From the IMG/VR virus record IMGVR_UViG_3300044701_001468: a DNA stretch of 64,000 nucleotides, one strand, 5' to 3'. Each line of letters begins with the position of its first letter. Within the stretch, counting starts at the first letter, position 1. The notes beneath the pieces were generated by a model, which was not told where the DNA came from, did no database searches, and saw only the letters and a list, made by a program, of their open reading frames with translations. Shown in pieces: positions 10,001 to 20,500 of this stretch. Both the position numbers and the translations under genes were made by a program. This DNA comes from a virus.

Positions 10001-12714
10001 AAATGCGAAATGGTTCCCTCTCTAGCAATTCTTCTTGAATTTCCATCTTCATCCGTGATTGTTTCTCCAGAAATGAATTCACCCGAAAGAACTCTAACGA
10101 ATAAAGTATTGCCAGAAGTATACTTTGTAGTAGAGGATCCTTCTATGACTCCATATGCACCACTAGTAGAACCAACTACATATTTGCCTGGAATGAAAAT
10201 TAGATTATTTAATTCTTGATCTACAATAATTTTTGTGAAAAATGTTGGGTTAAAATATGCCATTTTGAAAATGGCGTTATAACTTGATGTAAATACCGCT
10301 TCTGCTTTTGCTCCAGATCCATTTCCACCAATAAAAGTAATTTCTGGTCCAGAAGTATACCCAGTTCCAGGATTTGTAATAGTTATAGAAGTTACCGCAT
10401 TTCCAGAAATATTAGCAGTAGCAGTTGCACCACTACCTCCACCACCACTGATAACAACAGTTGGTGCTCCAGTATATCCAGATCCACCAGAGGTAACCTT
10501 TATCTCTCCGATACCACCCGTAGTGGTTCCTCTACCCTTGGAAAGAACAATATCCAAATCTGGATTGAATCCTGCTCCTTTTTCTACCAAATTGAAATCT
10601 TTTGGTTTACATACACCAATAATAGGAGTGATTACCTCGTTGTAATCATAGATCTCAGAATATGGGAAAATTGTAGAAACTCCAGTTTGGAAATAATAAT
10701 TTTGTGCGTCAGATTCTGATACAAAAAGTTTTTTCCTTCTGGTTGATGGATCAGTATCATCATATTCTCTGAGAAGTTTATAAATGTCTTCTTTGTTTCC
10801 AGCAACTGTTAATTCCAAAAAGTCAATAGTTGTTGCAGATACCGAAATATCAAAAGGACGTTTGACAATAGAATATGATAAAAGATCCAAACTTCTTACT
10901 GTTGTTGTAGCGGGAGAAGTCCCTTTATTAACTACATACCACAAAGTAGTAAAACTACTACCAAAAGTATTTGAAGTTGGGAAAGTTCTACTAGCGTAAT
11001 TACCAGGATTTGGTAGATATAGTGTAACAACACCAGTATCTAAAGTAAATTTTTTAGATCTACGAGCAACCGTTTGTTTTGTTGTATCAGTAAAACTAAT
11101 GGTTGGAGCGGCAGTATATCCAGATCCAGGATTTGTTAATGTTACACCTGTTACTTTGCCGTCTGCGGAAATATTTGCAATACCATATGCCTGTACTCCA
11201 CCACTACCAGGACTTGCAAACGCCACTGAAGGAGCAGTAGTATATCCAGAACCTTGATTCGAAATAGTTACGTTTGTAACTACTCCACCAGAAATGGTGA
11301 CATTTGCTGCAGCACCAGAACCAGTAGTTGTTTCCGTGTTGTTATATCCAATAGAACCATCATTAAATACTGAATTTAATTGAATGGTAGGATACGCAGT
11401 TAATTCTTGTCCATCAGCATTTACTGGAATACTTCCATATACGTTTCTTAAATTGAAATATGAAAGACCAGTTGCTTTTAAACGAGTATCATCTTTTATT
11501 AGTGTATCTCGCGCTTTACTTACTTCTAGATATTTTACATCTTTATTGATAATTTCATAACCTTTGATGTATGCTTTGCCACTACCAATACCAGCAACCA
11601 TCAAAGAACTTGCTTCTTCTACAGATTTATTATTTACTAGTTCTGTCTCTACATTTAATGGATATAATCCTTTGTTATTATCTTTTTGATAATATTCTCT
11701 AAGATCCAGAGCAAAATTATCTACAACATAATCACCTGATTCATCATATGTTCTTCTTGCTAAAGTTTCTTCAATTAGGTTGTAATCAGTTGGTTTTACT
11801 AATTGTTGAATAATTCCATTTTTAATTGAAACTAATTGTACATAATCTTCATCAGTAAGTCCATCATATTCCTTAGCAACTAAAGATAAATTGATTTTTA
11901 ATCTATGTGCTCCAGGAGCAGAATAGTTGGAAAACCCCTTTGCGTTATCGTATAGTGATACGTCTTGTTCTGGAGTTACAATTTCTTCAGTTATTTTAAA
12001 ACCTACTTTTACTGAAGGTTTGTTGTAATACTTATCTACAACAATAAGTTGTTCACTATTATTAACAAAATATCCGTTGACAAAATATACCCCCTGCTCT
12101 ACTTTAACGGCTGAGGCGTATCCCATCGCTGGACTATCGATAGTGGAAATAACTCCAGTATCATAATCTTGAATGTTTATGGTAGTAGGCAATACACTGC
12201 CATCAGTTCCAACAACTAAGGTTGGTGTATCTGTGATATTTAATGCTTCTAAAGTTTCTCCTTGTCTGAAAGTAGACTCGGAATTATTATTTCCGCTATT
12301 TGTATATTTTACGAAAATAACATCAGATTCTATATCAGTTCCATATGCGTATGAAATTACGCTAGCAGTAACACCAGAAGTTAATCCTTGGAGAGTTGCT
12401 CCAATCAAATTGGAAATATCATATTTTTGAAATACGATATTTCCGTTAATGTTAACAGCAACTTCAGAAACTGCTGATAATTTTACATAATCTAATTTAT
12501 TGTTGAATGCAACTTCTCCAGGAATTACCTGTTGCCCCTGTTTGAACTTATTGCGACCAATGTTTTCAATTTGATTCTGCAATACAGACTGGAGAGATGT
12601 TAACTCTCTAGCCTGTATTGAATATCCTGGTCTAAAAAGAACTTTGTAGTATCCTTTAGATGAATCAAAATCATCGTTGTATGGAGGCACATTAAGATTA
12701 ATCTTCTGGGGCAT
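4075..12714 (-). CDS. VrlC-like (DUF4815-type) large virion structural protein
   Basis: 2879 aa. The N-terminus MPQKINLNVPPYNDDFD...YYKVLFRPGYSIQARELT and LARRTYDESGDY motifs are characteristic, and it lies directly downstream of gp8. Confidence 0.85.
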   Translation of the reverse strand: MPQKINLNVPPYNDDFDSSKGYYKVLFRPGYSIQARELTSLQSVLQNQIENIGRNKFKQGQQVIPGEVAFNNKLDYVKLSAVSEVAVNINGNIVFQKYDISNLIGATLQGLTSGVTASVISYAYGTDIESDVIFVKYTNSGNNNSESTFRQGETLEALNITDTPTLVVGTDGSVLPTTINIQDYDTGVISTIDSPAMGYASAVKVEQGVYFVNGYFVNNSEQLIVVDKYYNKPSVKVGFKITEEIVTPEQDVSLYDNAKGFSNYSAPGAHRLKINLSLVAKEYDGLTDEDYVQLVSIKNGIIQQLVKPTDYNLIEETLARRTYDESGDYVVDNFALDLREYYQKDNNKGLYPLNVETELVNNKSVEEASSLMVAGIGSGKAYIKGYEIINKDVKYLEVSKARDTLIKDDTRLKATGLSYFNLRNVYGSIPVNADGQELTAYPTIQLNSVFNDGSIGYNNTETTTGSGAAANVTISGGVVTNVTISNQGSGYTTAPSVAFASPGSGGVQAYGIANISADGKVTGVTLTNPGSGYTAAPTISFTDTTKQTVARRSKKFTLDTGVVTLYLPNPGNYASRTFPTSNTFGSSFTTLWYVVNKGTSPATTTVRSLDLLSYSIVKRPFDISVSATTIDFLELTVAGNKEDIYKLLREYDDTDPSTRRKKLFVSESDAQNYYFQTGVSTIFPYSEIYDYNEVITPIIGVCKPKDFNLVEKGAGFNPDLDIVLSKGRGTTTGGIGEIKVTSGGSGYTGAPTVVISGGGGSGATATANISGNAVTSITITNPGTGYTSGPEITFIGGNGSGAKAEAVFTSSYNAIFKMAYFNPTFFTKIIVDQELNNLIFIPGKYVVGSTSGAYGVIEGSSTTKYTSGNTLFVRVLSGEFISGETITDEDGNSRRIAREGTISHFVVMDRGAGYSSTTTKIKIDGVEYDTSSIEIGTYLTGIYKIIIKDRNLVSQTYATTPAVSFNTGSTNPTQNSVVAAVLYRNTVTNYSPQNVKSVQSTFGAGDAYTFTADVESFLSSYITNQTLTDFTFSGKKGLKYLECNGFAGDPSTSLVQGDAIQFTDDANNINRTIVQRVEKAQGLIKSKIYIDNVLRENVSNASIVRVRPNIGNASTGSLVVPTGCKYLENVALNSEDSKITYYFRRDFVTTASTSGGNVTFAAQLPYGTQRFASFTESNFIMTVLDKKSSTTLESGDIIYLKESQVSISNTTDTTNGTTAGSVSITLPSSFFGTSTNFPILKLTATLQVSKARPRLKTAYRNQRILIVSPGDRVVPIRGRNYDTNSNDILSYSDVFKIRYIYEGTSQTPPVVSASGELVTGTDVTERFSFDDGQRDTFYDVSRLILKPGYTAPTGQLIISFDYFEHSQGDFCTVDSYLHESGVELNEIPVFNSNVYGKISLRDVFDFRPKVDSTAIVSGYQDTAILSVKDFNNFTGSGGITSSTPATETGLEYTISFSSRQYLDRIDGVFVNKKGEFFVKEGNSSLNPTKPADVDDSLALYYMYVPAYTNTANDVRIIPVDNKRYTMRDIGKLEKRIERLEQYTLLSVLEQQALNMQVKDDVGADKFKTGFIVDNFENHGVGNLTSIDYKCAIDTQQSTLRPRSIESSYSLKEVNTRDEQRTLANYKNSNGVITLPYSDVTAIQNVFATKTLNPNPFVVDQYVGDASITPNIDQWYDQKETPLILDNDSKVFSVFYAKNDAREGFASIFDNFIVNWIGTNRVFYNVTSLSDTSSLSSTSTTSNATTASSSNISPQNNSLAQGVSTRSVGSNIVSSSIQTFCRSVPVYFTIKRMKPLSKFYVFMDGQSIDRWVVPDYKYTRIGGNSLSTFGNILTTDANGNASGMLLIPSGLPPQSGTSWTGDVNTISYDSEKGSPLSFITGIKTIKFTSDSTGSTSSDVDSFTEVKYYATGTLPSQPATIISTTPAILKSQEGIQFVESAKAQTTPNPLSQSFMIEGYDGGVFLTGIDLFFNKKSSTIPVKVYITNIESGKPGKYIVPGSECVLNPDTNLKIYTNGTLYLTEGESVTGSSSGAAGPIKAIYDRNNTKLIPSVTGVYTLTNDQVYTLVLSNHNGKTFIQNEVLSIPSLNTYNAANATSLKVTIAKNSGRIVGLKINNTGSGYDTATLQIVSPQLLGGTTASATCSVSGGNIFDTQLVVGGSGYTEPPAVIIKSTGLSASNADIEALLEIDTPAVKMGVAVDPGTTSVTNSTTPSHFTFEYPVYLQNNTEYAFAVETDSTDYLLWASKLGELEISTNSTVTSQPLLGSVYKSQNVDTWTEDLFEDIKFKLYRAEFDKSKQGIIELTNEQLGYELLDENPFETDSLSDTTATSLLFRNNNKIIKVNHRNNGFEDTGKSYVNFKKVVDVGGITSDVLTTRLFKVINSGNEFYNINPELRAASNAVGGGSSVLATYNRKYEKLYAQVSYLNFSNTKINAEVKTTNIIPVDSSVTNYSNYSQTTLNDGFEKTFLNEIHYFNNQKVLASRINELKNSSSVENRSLTYKLYLNSDVSTLSPVIDLRAASVKLVNNQVEKPSGKEYRFGRRDQILQFYPIYKVVVTGTDISSINVGDAGNQKIVTGNTSKAQGILVKLDTTTNELYIKLTTDILFAPSERLVFTSQPTLSNIFTSSDGLTEIKFAFPYNSGVVALDKTDLTKSYTNVISGKVISWDAEKKQLKISNNKNPINDNYTAAATTGSSYARIPFSNTSTSQATDIFRVGDILGYDNQSSDTQSFLEIKSISYSDGILYVSENLKNSSTIAKYVTKEISLANSSTGLDVKLTANLFEENDIQVLYKVKPASSQFNFDDLGWEYFNGDGSPDIRVVPSSDNSIAGYIENKNSYKEYKYSISNLNEFSSFAIKIVMRSSQPVFVPKIQDVRVVATF

Positions 12715-12766
12715 TTTACGTGCTCAGTCTGCTTGATTGGGTTGGATTATAATAAAAATTATGATA

Positions 12767-14521
12767 TCAGAATTCAATAACTAATTTAATATCTTCAATT
12801 TGATCTGCTGCTCTAGTAATTAGTCTTCTATTTTCAACATAAATTACTTCTCCAGAATTATTTGCAATTTCTGGACTTGCTAATCCAGATGCAAAAGTAA
12901 CTCCAAGAGCAGTAGCATTATATGCAGTATCTACGGTACCAGTTCTACCACTTGTTGCCCCAGTAATTGGATTAGCAGCAGTCGAAACAAATGCGCGAAC
13001 AACGCCATTGTCTGTATGCTCATTAGGTGATTGGTAATACTTAAGAACACCAGCTGTTGTGCTGCCAGTATCTAAAGTCCAAGATACTACTCTTCCTTTT
13101 GAAATTAAACCGCTATTCGATTGTGTAATAATTTCATCTGCGACAAAATTTCCAGAAACGCTAGTTAGTTTTACAGAATATAGTCCAGAAGCATTATCTG
13201 CTGTCAAGAAACTAGATGATCCAAACTGAAGAGGATCTTGAACGATACCAATTCTGCGGAAATCGTTATCTACAGGGAAATCTCCAGAACCTTCTGCGTA
13301 TGTTAGACGAATATTTGTCATAACACGCTTTGAATTCATTTCCAATACTGGATCGGCACCATGTCCGCCCTGAGGTGGGATGATGATTTCAATTTCTCCT
13401 CTTGCACTTCCACCAACGGTTGCCAAAGAAGACAATCCTGCGTTGGTGTAAAGATATCCATTCTTAAGAATTACATTACCATAAGTATATCCAGATCCAG
13501 CTGCATTTATTGATACTGCAGTGATTTGACCACCACCATTTGTTGTGATCTGAACTTTTCCGCCAGTTCCATCGCCTTGAATAGCAGCATATAGTGTGCT
13601 ACTCGTTGGAAGACCAGATCCAGCATCCTTTAGAAGAGCAACTGAGATAGCACCAGCAACTGCTCCTGTTTGAACTGTTCCGTTTAGAACAATTGGCATG
13701 AAGTCAGTAGATAGGAATTTAATTACATCATCCGTTGGGATGGTGTACATATACTTCCAAATATATGTACCAGATGGTTCTGTATAAATGCCACTACTAT
13801 AAGTTCCTTCCCCACTTACTGGTACTGTTCTTGGGGGATATGTGGCACTTTGACCACTCAAATTGGAAGGATTTGTTCCGTTAAATAAGCAAACAAAAAC
13901 TTCATACTGATCATTCATTACAGCATACTTTGCAGTTGCCATTGAACTTTCGCCAGTAGCTGAAAGTTTTTGTGAACTATAATCAGGTCTCCACATATCA
14001 AATTTGGGGTTAGCGGAAAGATCCCAATTATAACGTCTAACTACGTGTCTAGCATAAGAAGATGTAATTCTCTTAAGAGCAATTAGATCATCATATATTT
14101 CATATTTCTCTTCTTGGTTATCAATGGGTGCAGTAGGAACATCTTCCGTTGCATAACGATAAACACCTGTCTTTGCGGTAGCAGTAGAACTATTGCCAGT
14201 TAAAGTTGATCCAGCAGCTGGAGTAGCACCAACAGTTGGTCCAATACCAGTTAAAAGTAAACTATTTGGATAAACTTCAGCAACAACACCACTGAATGTT
14301 GCAGCACCTAAAGATGCTCCAACATAGACACTTTCTCCCACCGAGAAATTTGTTGCGCTTACTCCATAAATTTCTAGATATGCTTTCCATCCTTGTGGTC
14401 TACCAACAAAGAAATACATTCTAGAACGATTTGTGTCAGCGTCGCCAGAACCTTCTGAAAGAGATTCCAGAAATTGTTTGGCATTAAAAATTCTGAACTT
14501 TTCAGAAATGATTGCGGGCAT
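12767..14521 (-). CDS. gp8: Baseplate wedge subunit gp8
   Basis: MPAIISEKFRIFNAKQFLES, YIWKYMYTI and C-terminal GEVIYVENRRLITRAADQIEDIKLVIEF motifs. Confidence 0.92.
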   Translation of the reverse strand: MPAIISEKFRIFNAKQFLESLSEGSGDADTNRSRMYFFVGRPQGWKAYLEIYGVSATNFSVGESVYVGASLGAATFSGVVAEVYPNSLLLTGIGPTVGATPAAGSTLTGNSSTATAKTGVYRYATEDVPTAPIDNQEEKYEIYDDLIALKRITSSYARHVVRRYNWDLSANPKFDMWRPDYSSQKLSATGESSMATAKYAVMNDQYEVFVCLFNGTNPSNLSGQSATYPPRTVPVSGEGTYSSGIYTEPSGTYIWKYMYTIPTDDVIKFLSTDFMPIVLNGTVQTGAVAGAISVALLKDAGSGLPTSSTLYAAIQGDGTGGKVQITTNGGGQITAVSINAAGSGYTYGNVILKNGYLYTNAGLSSLATVGGSARGEIEIIIPPQGGHGADPVLEMNSKRVMTNIRLTYAEGSGDFPVDNDFRRIGIVQDPLQFGSSSFLTADNASGLYSVKLTSVSGNFVADEIITQSNSGLISKGRVVSWTLDTGSTTAGVLKYYQSPNEHTDNGVVRAFVSTAANPITGATSGRTGTVDTAYNATALGVTFASGLASPEIANNSGEVIYVENRRLITRAADQIEDIKLVIEF

Positions 14522-14548
14522 GTTTTTAGTCTCTCTAAAAGGATATTT

Positions 14549-14562
14549 TATTTATATTTATA
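14549..14562 (-). promoter_or_regulatory. Two overlapping T4-type late promoters (TATAAATA) upstream of gp8
   Basis: The plus strand reads TATTTATA at 14549-14556 and 14555-14562, 28-41 nt upstream of the gp8 ATG. Confidence 0.75.
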
Positions 14563-14566
14563 CAGG

Positions 14567-17500
14567 TCAAACGGAATATGGCATGATATTATTAGTACTG
14601 GAAACGATATTCGATCCCTTGTATAGTGTGCATCCAGTAAAACTGGTCGAAGTTTTTCCTGTATATTGAACCACACTATAGGTTGACCCATTACCAGTAA
14701 ATAGGTAACCAGATGAAGGGAAATAAGTTGTATTTCCAGTTACATTAATTATATTGGAAACGGAAAGGTTAGTATTTCCATTCGCTAGAACTATTGAGTT
14801 TTGAATTGATGGATGTGATAAATTCCAGATATTTCTAGATTTTGTAAAAGAACTAAAATTGGAAACATCAAAATCTTCAATTGTCACGTAATTATAATTG
14901 ATGCTAATATCATTAAAAGATAATTGAGATACAAATGCAGCACCAACATTCATGTTATACCAATAATTGTATCTCGATAGACTATTCGAAAGACTTAATT
15001 TAGTATATTGTGTTTTGTATGATGTTTGAGCATTAGCATTATTCACAACAACAATATTTCCATTTCTCTGAGAAATTTGATTAAATGGAGTATCTAATAT
15101 TATTATAGTATTATTTCTTTGAATAACTTCATTTGTTAATAATACCGATTCTTCATAATAATCAGCAAATCCAGTACTATTTAATAAAGTAATTGAATTT
15201 ACTAATTTTTGAACATTTACTACTGGAACATTTTCTACTTTGGATTCTACTTGTGTTGTTATAAATTGTGTTATCTTATTTTCTGTAAATTGTATACTTG
15301 CAGTAACTTGTAGAATTGAAGTATACTGATCATTAACTGCTCCAGAAGATGAAACATCTACAGATTTTTGAACAATTGTTGTTATTTGTTCACTAATATT
15401 TTGTACTTTAGGATCCGTAATTAATTGAGAAATCGTAGTGATGCTTGGGGCAACACTAGACATTGATGCATATTGAATATCGAGTTTAGCAATTGTGGAA
15501 ATGTCATCAACACCAGCATCAATAATAGTTACATCGTCGCTATATTGCCTTACGAAAGCGCCAGCTGGATGCGTTTTTATTGTAGTTCCATCTACTCCTC
15601 TAACAACCCCCAAGAAACGATCAGATAGCTTGCTGGAATAAGAAACTATCTCATCTTCGACAAGTAGTTTGCCGAATGATTTGAATTTTTCAGTGGTTGG
15701 TACATAAATGATTTTGTCTGTGAGAGACAGAGAAGAATCCAAGTAAGCACCAGTTTCATGTAGAGACCTATATGCAAGAAGATAGTTCGCTTTTGCGAAT
15801 GTTCTCACATATGAAGTTAATTCTCTTTCTGCTTTAATAATAGTTGCATTTTGGAATAAAGAAACCACCTCAATTGGTACTTGACCATTACTGAAGAAGA
15901 ATTGAACACTAGTCGAAATAGAACTGACATTAGCATTTAGATTAAGTACACTTGTGTGTACGTTCAAACATTTTTGAACAGGTAATTTGACATTTTCACT
16001 TTTTTGAACAATTGAAGTTATTTTTCTATCAGTATCAAATGGAGTTACTGCGACAACAGAAGATATAGTAATAATTGGAGGTTGTGGACTATCATCAAAA
16101 GTTGCTCCAGAGGTGATATACAATGTCCCTGCATTTTCAATCTTAGGAGACATGCTGACAATAATTTGTGTTACATCAATACTTCTTTGTTTACGAATTA
16201 CGTCATATCCTCTAGAGATGTAAACTTTTGGCGCTACAAGATAATCACTTCCTTGATCATATAATACTATGTCAATTACTTCTTCATCGTGAACGATTGC
16301 ATATGCTTTTGCACCACCACCTTGAGCTGGTGCAATAATAGTTCCACCCTCATCTTTTTGTGCTTGAGCAACAAAAATTAATTGGGGTGCAGTTTCATAC
16401 CCATATCCAGCTGCAACAGGATAAATTTGTTTTGTTACATAAGAATCCCAGTCTTTTTTATTCCAGGTCAGAGAAACTACTTTGCCGTTTTCTATGTTTG
16501 CAGAAACATCTAATCCCTCTCCATAACCAATACCATTATATGTACTAGTGCCTAGTTTTCCGTAGTAATTTGAATTAACGTCATCTACATCTCTATAACT
16601 AGTTTTAGTTACTATATCTGATTTTGATAAAATTGTTCTAAATTCTGATTCACCATCTATTTTTAATAAATCGCCAACATCAACAAAATCTTCTTTTCTA
16701 AAACGAGGACTATTTTTTAACAACCAACCAGGAATTGATTTTCTCAAAATGTCTTGTTGATCATCATTTTTTTCAAATGATTGTATCGATATTATTCTAG
16801 ATGATTGAATTACTAAATTCTGTTTGGTTACTCCATTATATCCCACAATTTCCAAATTTTCTGATGAAATGAATCTTTTATTCTGAGAATCTATTGTTAG
16901 TTCAGTATTTGTGCCATTATAATATGATGTTCTAATAATACCTTGAGTAGTATTAGATTTAATTGTTGCTCCATCAATTTCAATTGGATAATCCGAAGAA
17001 AGATTTCCAGAAATTGTAATTATAAATCTATTGAAAAATAGTGAGGTCTCGTAATTAAATGCATTTAATGCCTTTTGATAATCTCTACCATAGGTATATA
17101 AAATATTAACTTTTTGACCCACTCTAATTGGTTCTCTAAAGATAATATTACTTCCATTAATACTATAATTTTTTAAACGCTGTTGGAATACTCCATCAAC
17201 GAAAACTAAAACATTTCTGTCTTCATCAACGATTACAGTTTTGCCACTGACGGCAGAACGTAAAATAAATGGACCTGCATTAATTCCATTAATAAATCTA
17301 GAATCTATTAATAATCTTTCGTAACCAGAAACAGAAACTCCATAAAAAGATTGTTTTGTGGATTCAAAAGTTCTTGGTGGTTCTACAAAAACTATTTCAT
17401 TTGGTGTTGTTGTTCTTCTAATATAATATGATCTATCGAGTGGAAGCAGAGGAGTGCTTCCTGCTTGCTGTAAAACACCATCAATTGCGACTAATAAATT

Positions 17501-20500
17501 TTCGTTAGAAGATAAAGTTACTGGTGAATTATCTTCGTAATATAATGGGAAAGAAGATGCAATACCATTAAATTGAGAAGATATATCTTTGATTTTTTTG
17601 AAATATTGATTATTTAATTCATTATTTTTAAATTGTATAATTCGAGCAACAATTTTTTGTGGTGGACTATCTACTCCTTCTCTATATGATGAAAGTGGTA
17701 TTGGTTGACCACCAACACTTCTATACCCAAGAGGAGCTTCTGCAAATGTAATTTGTGTTCCTGAAATAGTAAATGCTTTTCCAGGTTCTTGTAAAATACC
17801 ATCTAATGATAGAATTACATTATTGACATTAGAAACAGAATATGGAGTATTTGATCCCTTTAAAGTGATTGTGAAGGTTTTGTTACCGCTTCTGTTTCCA
17901 TTTGAATCAAAATAACCACTAAAATCTGGAGTTAGTTTGATATCATAGGAAAGCATCTCTCCCGTATCAAATGTAGATGCAAATACAGATCCTCTTCCTC
18001 TAATTACATTTAAATTTGAAAGATTAAATGTACTTTGAGTTATTACTCTATGAGTATTTTCTATGGTTACTTTATTTTTTTCAGGATCCCATAATTGAAT
18101 AAAACTTACATGATCAATTTTTGGTTGTACTGGTTTTATTTTGTTTTCTACTTCAGACTCTACAGAAACTTCTCCGAATACTTTAAATCCAGCTGGGTGT
18201 ATTGTTTGGGTAACTAAACTTCTCCAAACATCAATCGGCGTTTTGGATTTGATTACATAAGAATAATCTTGATAGAAATACGAATCTGCAATTCTTTGTG
18301 AATCTGAACTAATCTTTGATCTGTCAGAAGCGTAGTAACCCAAGTTATCATAATATGATTTTATGTTATCAGATAACAATCCAACAAAGGATTTTACTAC
18401 ATAAGCAGTTTTATTTTTAATTTTGCCAACAATGGTTAAATTTTCTTTAAATTCTCCTTCTATTTTTTCAATTCTTAGTATATTTGTATTTTCTCTCCAA
18501 CCATTTTTTGTTACAAATCCCTTAGCGATTAAAACACCACTATCGTATTGATTAATTTCTTCACCATCAATAAAGGCATTTTCTGGGAAATTATTTACCA
18601 CTAAAATACGTGGGGTTGTGAATATCTTCCTTATGGTGGTATCTCTATTATAATTCTTTCCGTTTTCTATGATCGAGATGCTCTTAGGAACTCCAATAGA
18701 TGCACTGGAAAAATATATCTTAACGTCAGTTTCGATAATTTTGATATCAGGCTGGCGATTATATCCAACACCCCTATTCTTAGTTACTATACCAGATATA
18801 GATCCGTTAGAATCCTTAATTATCTCAAATTCAGCAAATTTTCCATCAGTATTCAGTAAAATTGCCTTTGGTTTTGAATAATTTTTTCCAGAACTTATAA
18901 TATTAATAGAAGAAATATTTTTCGCAATACTATTCCAATTAACAACAGCAACACATTCGTTTTCTGCTGCTGGTCTTACTCCATACACTCTAGGAATTTT
19001 TATAAATTCTTTACCTTGATTTTCTATTACAACACTATTAATTTGCCCGACAGAAGAAGCAGAATTTGTGTTATATGCGATAGTTCCCGATCCATCATAT
19101 TTTGGATAGGAACTCATCTCATATACAATGCTATTGGGGGTTGTATATGTAACAATTTTCGATCCCTGTAGAGGATCTTCAATTAGTTTCAAATATGATT
19201 TATCTGAATCTATTATTCCTGCTTTGTCAAAATAGAAATAATTTACATATTTTGTACTAGTTTCTTTTGTAGTAGATAATACTCCATTATCATAATATGA
19301 CCCAAATCCAAATTTAACTTTAATATTTGAACCAGGAGATCCAGGAAGAATAGTATTTCTTAAACTTTCCGTTGAAATAATATTAAAATTACCACTTGGA
19401 GAAAATTCCAAGAAACTGCCAGTCAAAGAATAATGTGATGTATCAAATTTATAAGTGTAATATTTTTGAACATCGATAATTGGATTTCTTGACCAATTAA
19501 TATTATCATACGAAAATTCAAATTTATATGCTTGATTTTCGATATTATCTTTTACATATACTAGTTTTTTTGGAGTACTAGAATCAAAGAAACTAATTCC
19601 TGAGTATAAGGAATTTATGGATCCTAAAACTCTATCTACACCATAAACAACCACCAGTTCTTGAGAATTTTCATCGTAGGAAAGAACGTATCCATCTTTA
19701 TCAGTATTACCAACATGAAAATCTACTGGGAGTGTATATTTTTCGTATGCACTCGAAACTAGTTCATTGTTGAAATGATTTACGACCGTCGTTTCCTTCT
19801 GCCCACGTAGTACATCTACATATAATCCATTGTTTGAAATTGCAGTTACTTTTACAATTTCTGATCCTAGTTGTAAATAATCATTATTTGAGATAGATTG
19901 AACATCATTTAGATATAATCTAGTATTTGTTGTCGAAAATCCTACATGCGTTACTTCTAAAATCAAAAATCTCGTTGAAGTTGTAGTAACTGATCTATCC
20001 AAAGAAGAATTTTGAACGGTTAACAAATCTCCTTGTTTGTATCCTTTACCTTTAGATGTTATCGTGATTGATGTGACAACACCATTAGTAACGGAAATTG
20101 TTGCTCTAGCATTGTTAGTATTGCCTGCTTTTCCTATAACAGCATCCGAACTATTACCAACTACTCTTCCTTCAATGTCTCTGCATTTTGTAATATCATT
20201 GAAAATTAATTCAACGTTAGTAAATGTTTGATTTCCTGATGTAGTTGATGCATAATCACCAGTTGTGACAAAATTAGAATTTGCGTATGCATAAAATCGA
20301 GTTAGTGTGGCAGTACCATTAGAAACTGCTCCAGAAGAATGTGAAGGTGGAACATTCCCAGTGATTCCAGAAGTTGTTACCTGATAAACTAAAGAATTAT
20401 ACGTTAAATACTCGCCAGAAGATACTGAAGTATTTGCAGTCCATGATTTACTGGTAATATTATAACTACCATTATTTAAAACTCGTTGACTTCCTAATCC

